The notes beneath the pieces were generated by a model. It worked only from the letters and a program-made list of their open reading frames with translations. It was not told the DNA's origin and searched no databases. Made by a program: the position numbers and the translations under genes. DNA of 64,000 bases from Candidatus Latescibacterota bacterium. Its GTDB lineage: Bacteria; Latescibacterota; UBA2968; UBA8231. Of this stretch, positions 63,588 through 64,000 are shown piece by piece. The stretch's first letter is position 1; each line of letters opens with the position of its first letter. The stretch covers positions 3,264,001 through 3,328,000 of the forward strand of contig OZ241889.1 of NCBI GenBank assembly GCA_965203355.1, read 5' to 3'.

Positions 63588-64000
63588 TTGAAAACCACCA
63601 TCGCACTTCTGCTCTGCTGGACCGCCGCGGCCCAAGCGGCCGACTGGCCTCAATGGCGCGGCCCTCAGCGCGACGGCATCTCCAGCGAAACCGGCCTCTT
63701 TAAGGCCGAGCAACCTTTTGCGGAAGCATGGCGCGTCCCGCTCGGCTCGGGCTTCTCCGGCATCGCTATCGCCGACGGCCGGGTCTTCACCATGTTCGCC
63801 CAAGGCCAAGACGAATTCGCCATCTGCCTCGATGAACAAACCGGCGCAGAACGCTGGCGGCACCGCACCGGCCCTTACTACCGGGAGACCCAAGGGGGCG
63901 ACGGCCCGCGCGCGACGCCCACCGTCGATGGCGAAGTCGTCTATGTACTCGGGGCCACCGGCGCGTTGTTCGCGCTCGACGCCGCGCGTGGTGCGCTGAT
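63588..64000 (+). CDS. Secreted PQQ-like beta-propeller, partial
   Basis: GGAGG RBS, TTG start, AQA-ADWPQWRGPQRDG, GPRATPTVDG (manual translation). Confidence 0.85.
   Translation, partial: MKTTIALLLCWTAAAQAADWPQWRGPQRDGISSETGLFKAEQPFAEAWRVPLGSGFSGIAIADGRVFTMFAQGQDEFAICLDEQTGAERWRHRTGPYYRETQGGDGPRATPTVDGEVVYVLGATGALFALDAARGAL

Overview
GC-rich bacterial chromosome segment. The gene content (FlgD-tailed secreted proteins, many PQQ-type propellers, DUF6785-like transporter, PhyH enzymes, sulfatases) suggests a Latescibacterota/Gemmatimonadota/PVC-like organism, by inference only. The main blocks are: (1) an orphan methyltransferase pair with a restriction-enzyme remnant; (2) pyrR with its leader; (3) a glycolipid/CDP-alcohol operon; (4) a 12.5 kb type I R-M defence island in which the MNT antitoxin of a HEPN/MNT pair is fused to HsdS, with an ATPase-TOPRIM nuclease, an AAA_21 ATPase and a Schlafen/AlbA_2 protein nested before hsdR; (5) transport, sulfatase and sulfotransferase genes, with an inserted nuclease carrying duplicated C-terminal domains; (6) a type IIG R-M gene cleanly split by an IS5 element; (7) a largely translationally coupled cluster of four secreted PQQ-like beta-propellers with an EhpF/LuxE-like adenylating enzyme, an EhpG/LuxC-like reductase, an Fe-ADH and a HemN-like radical SAM enzyme. 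Blocks 4 and 7 are the best candidates for undescribed systems. All family assignments come from motif recognition by eye; no database searches were run. No rRNA, tRNA or CRISPR array was seen.
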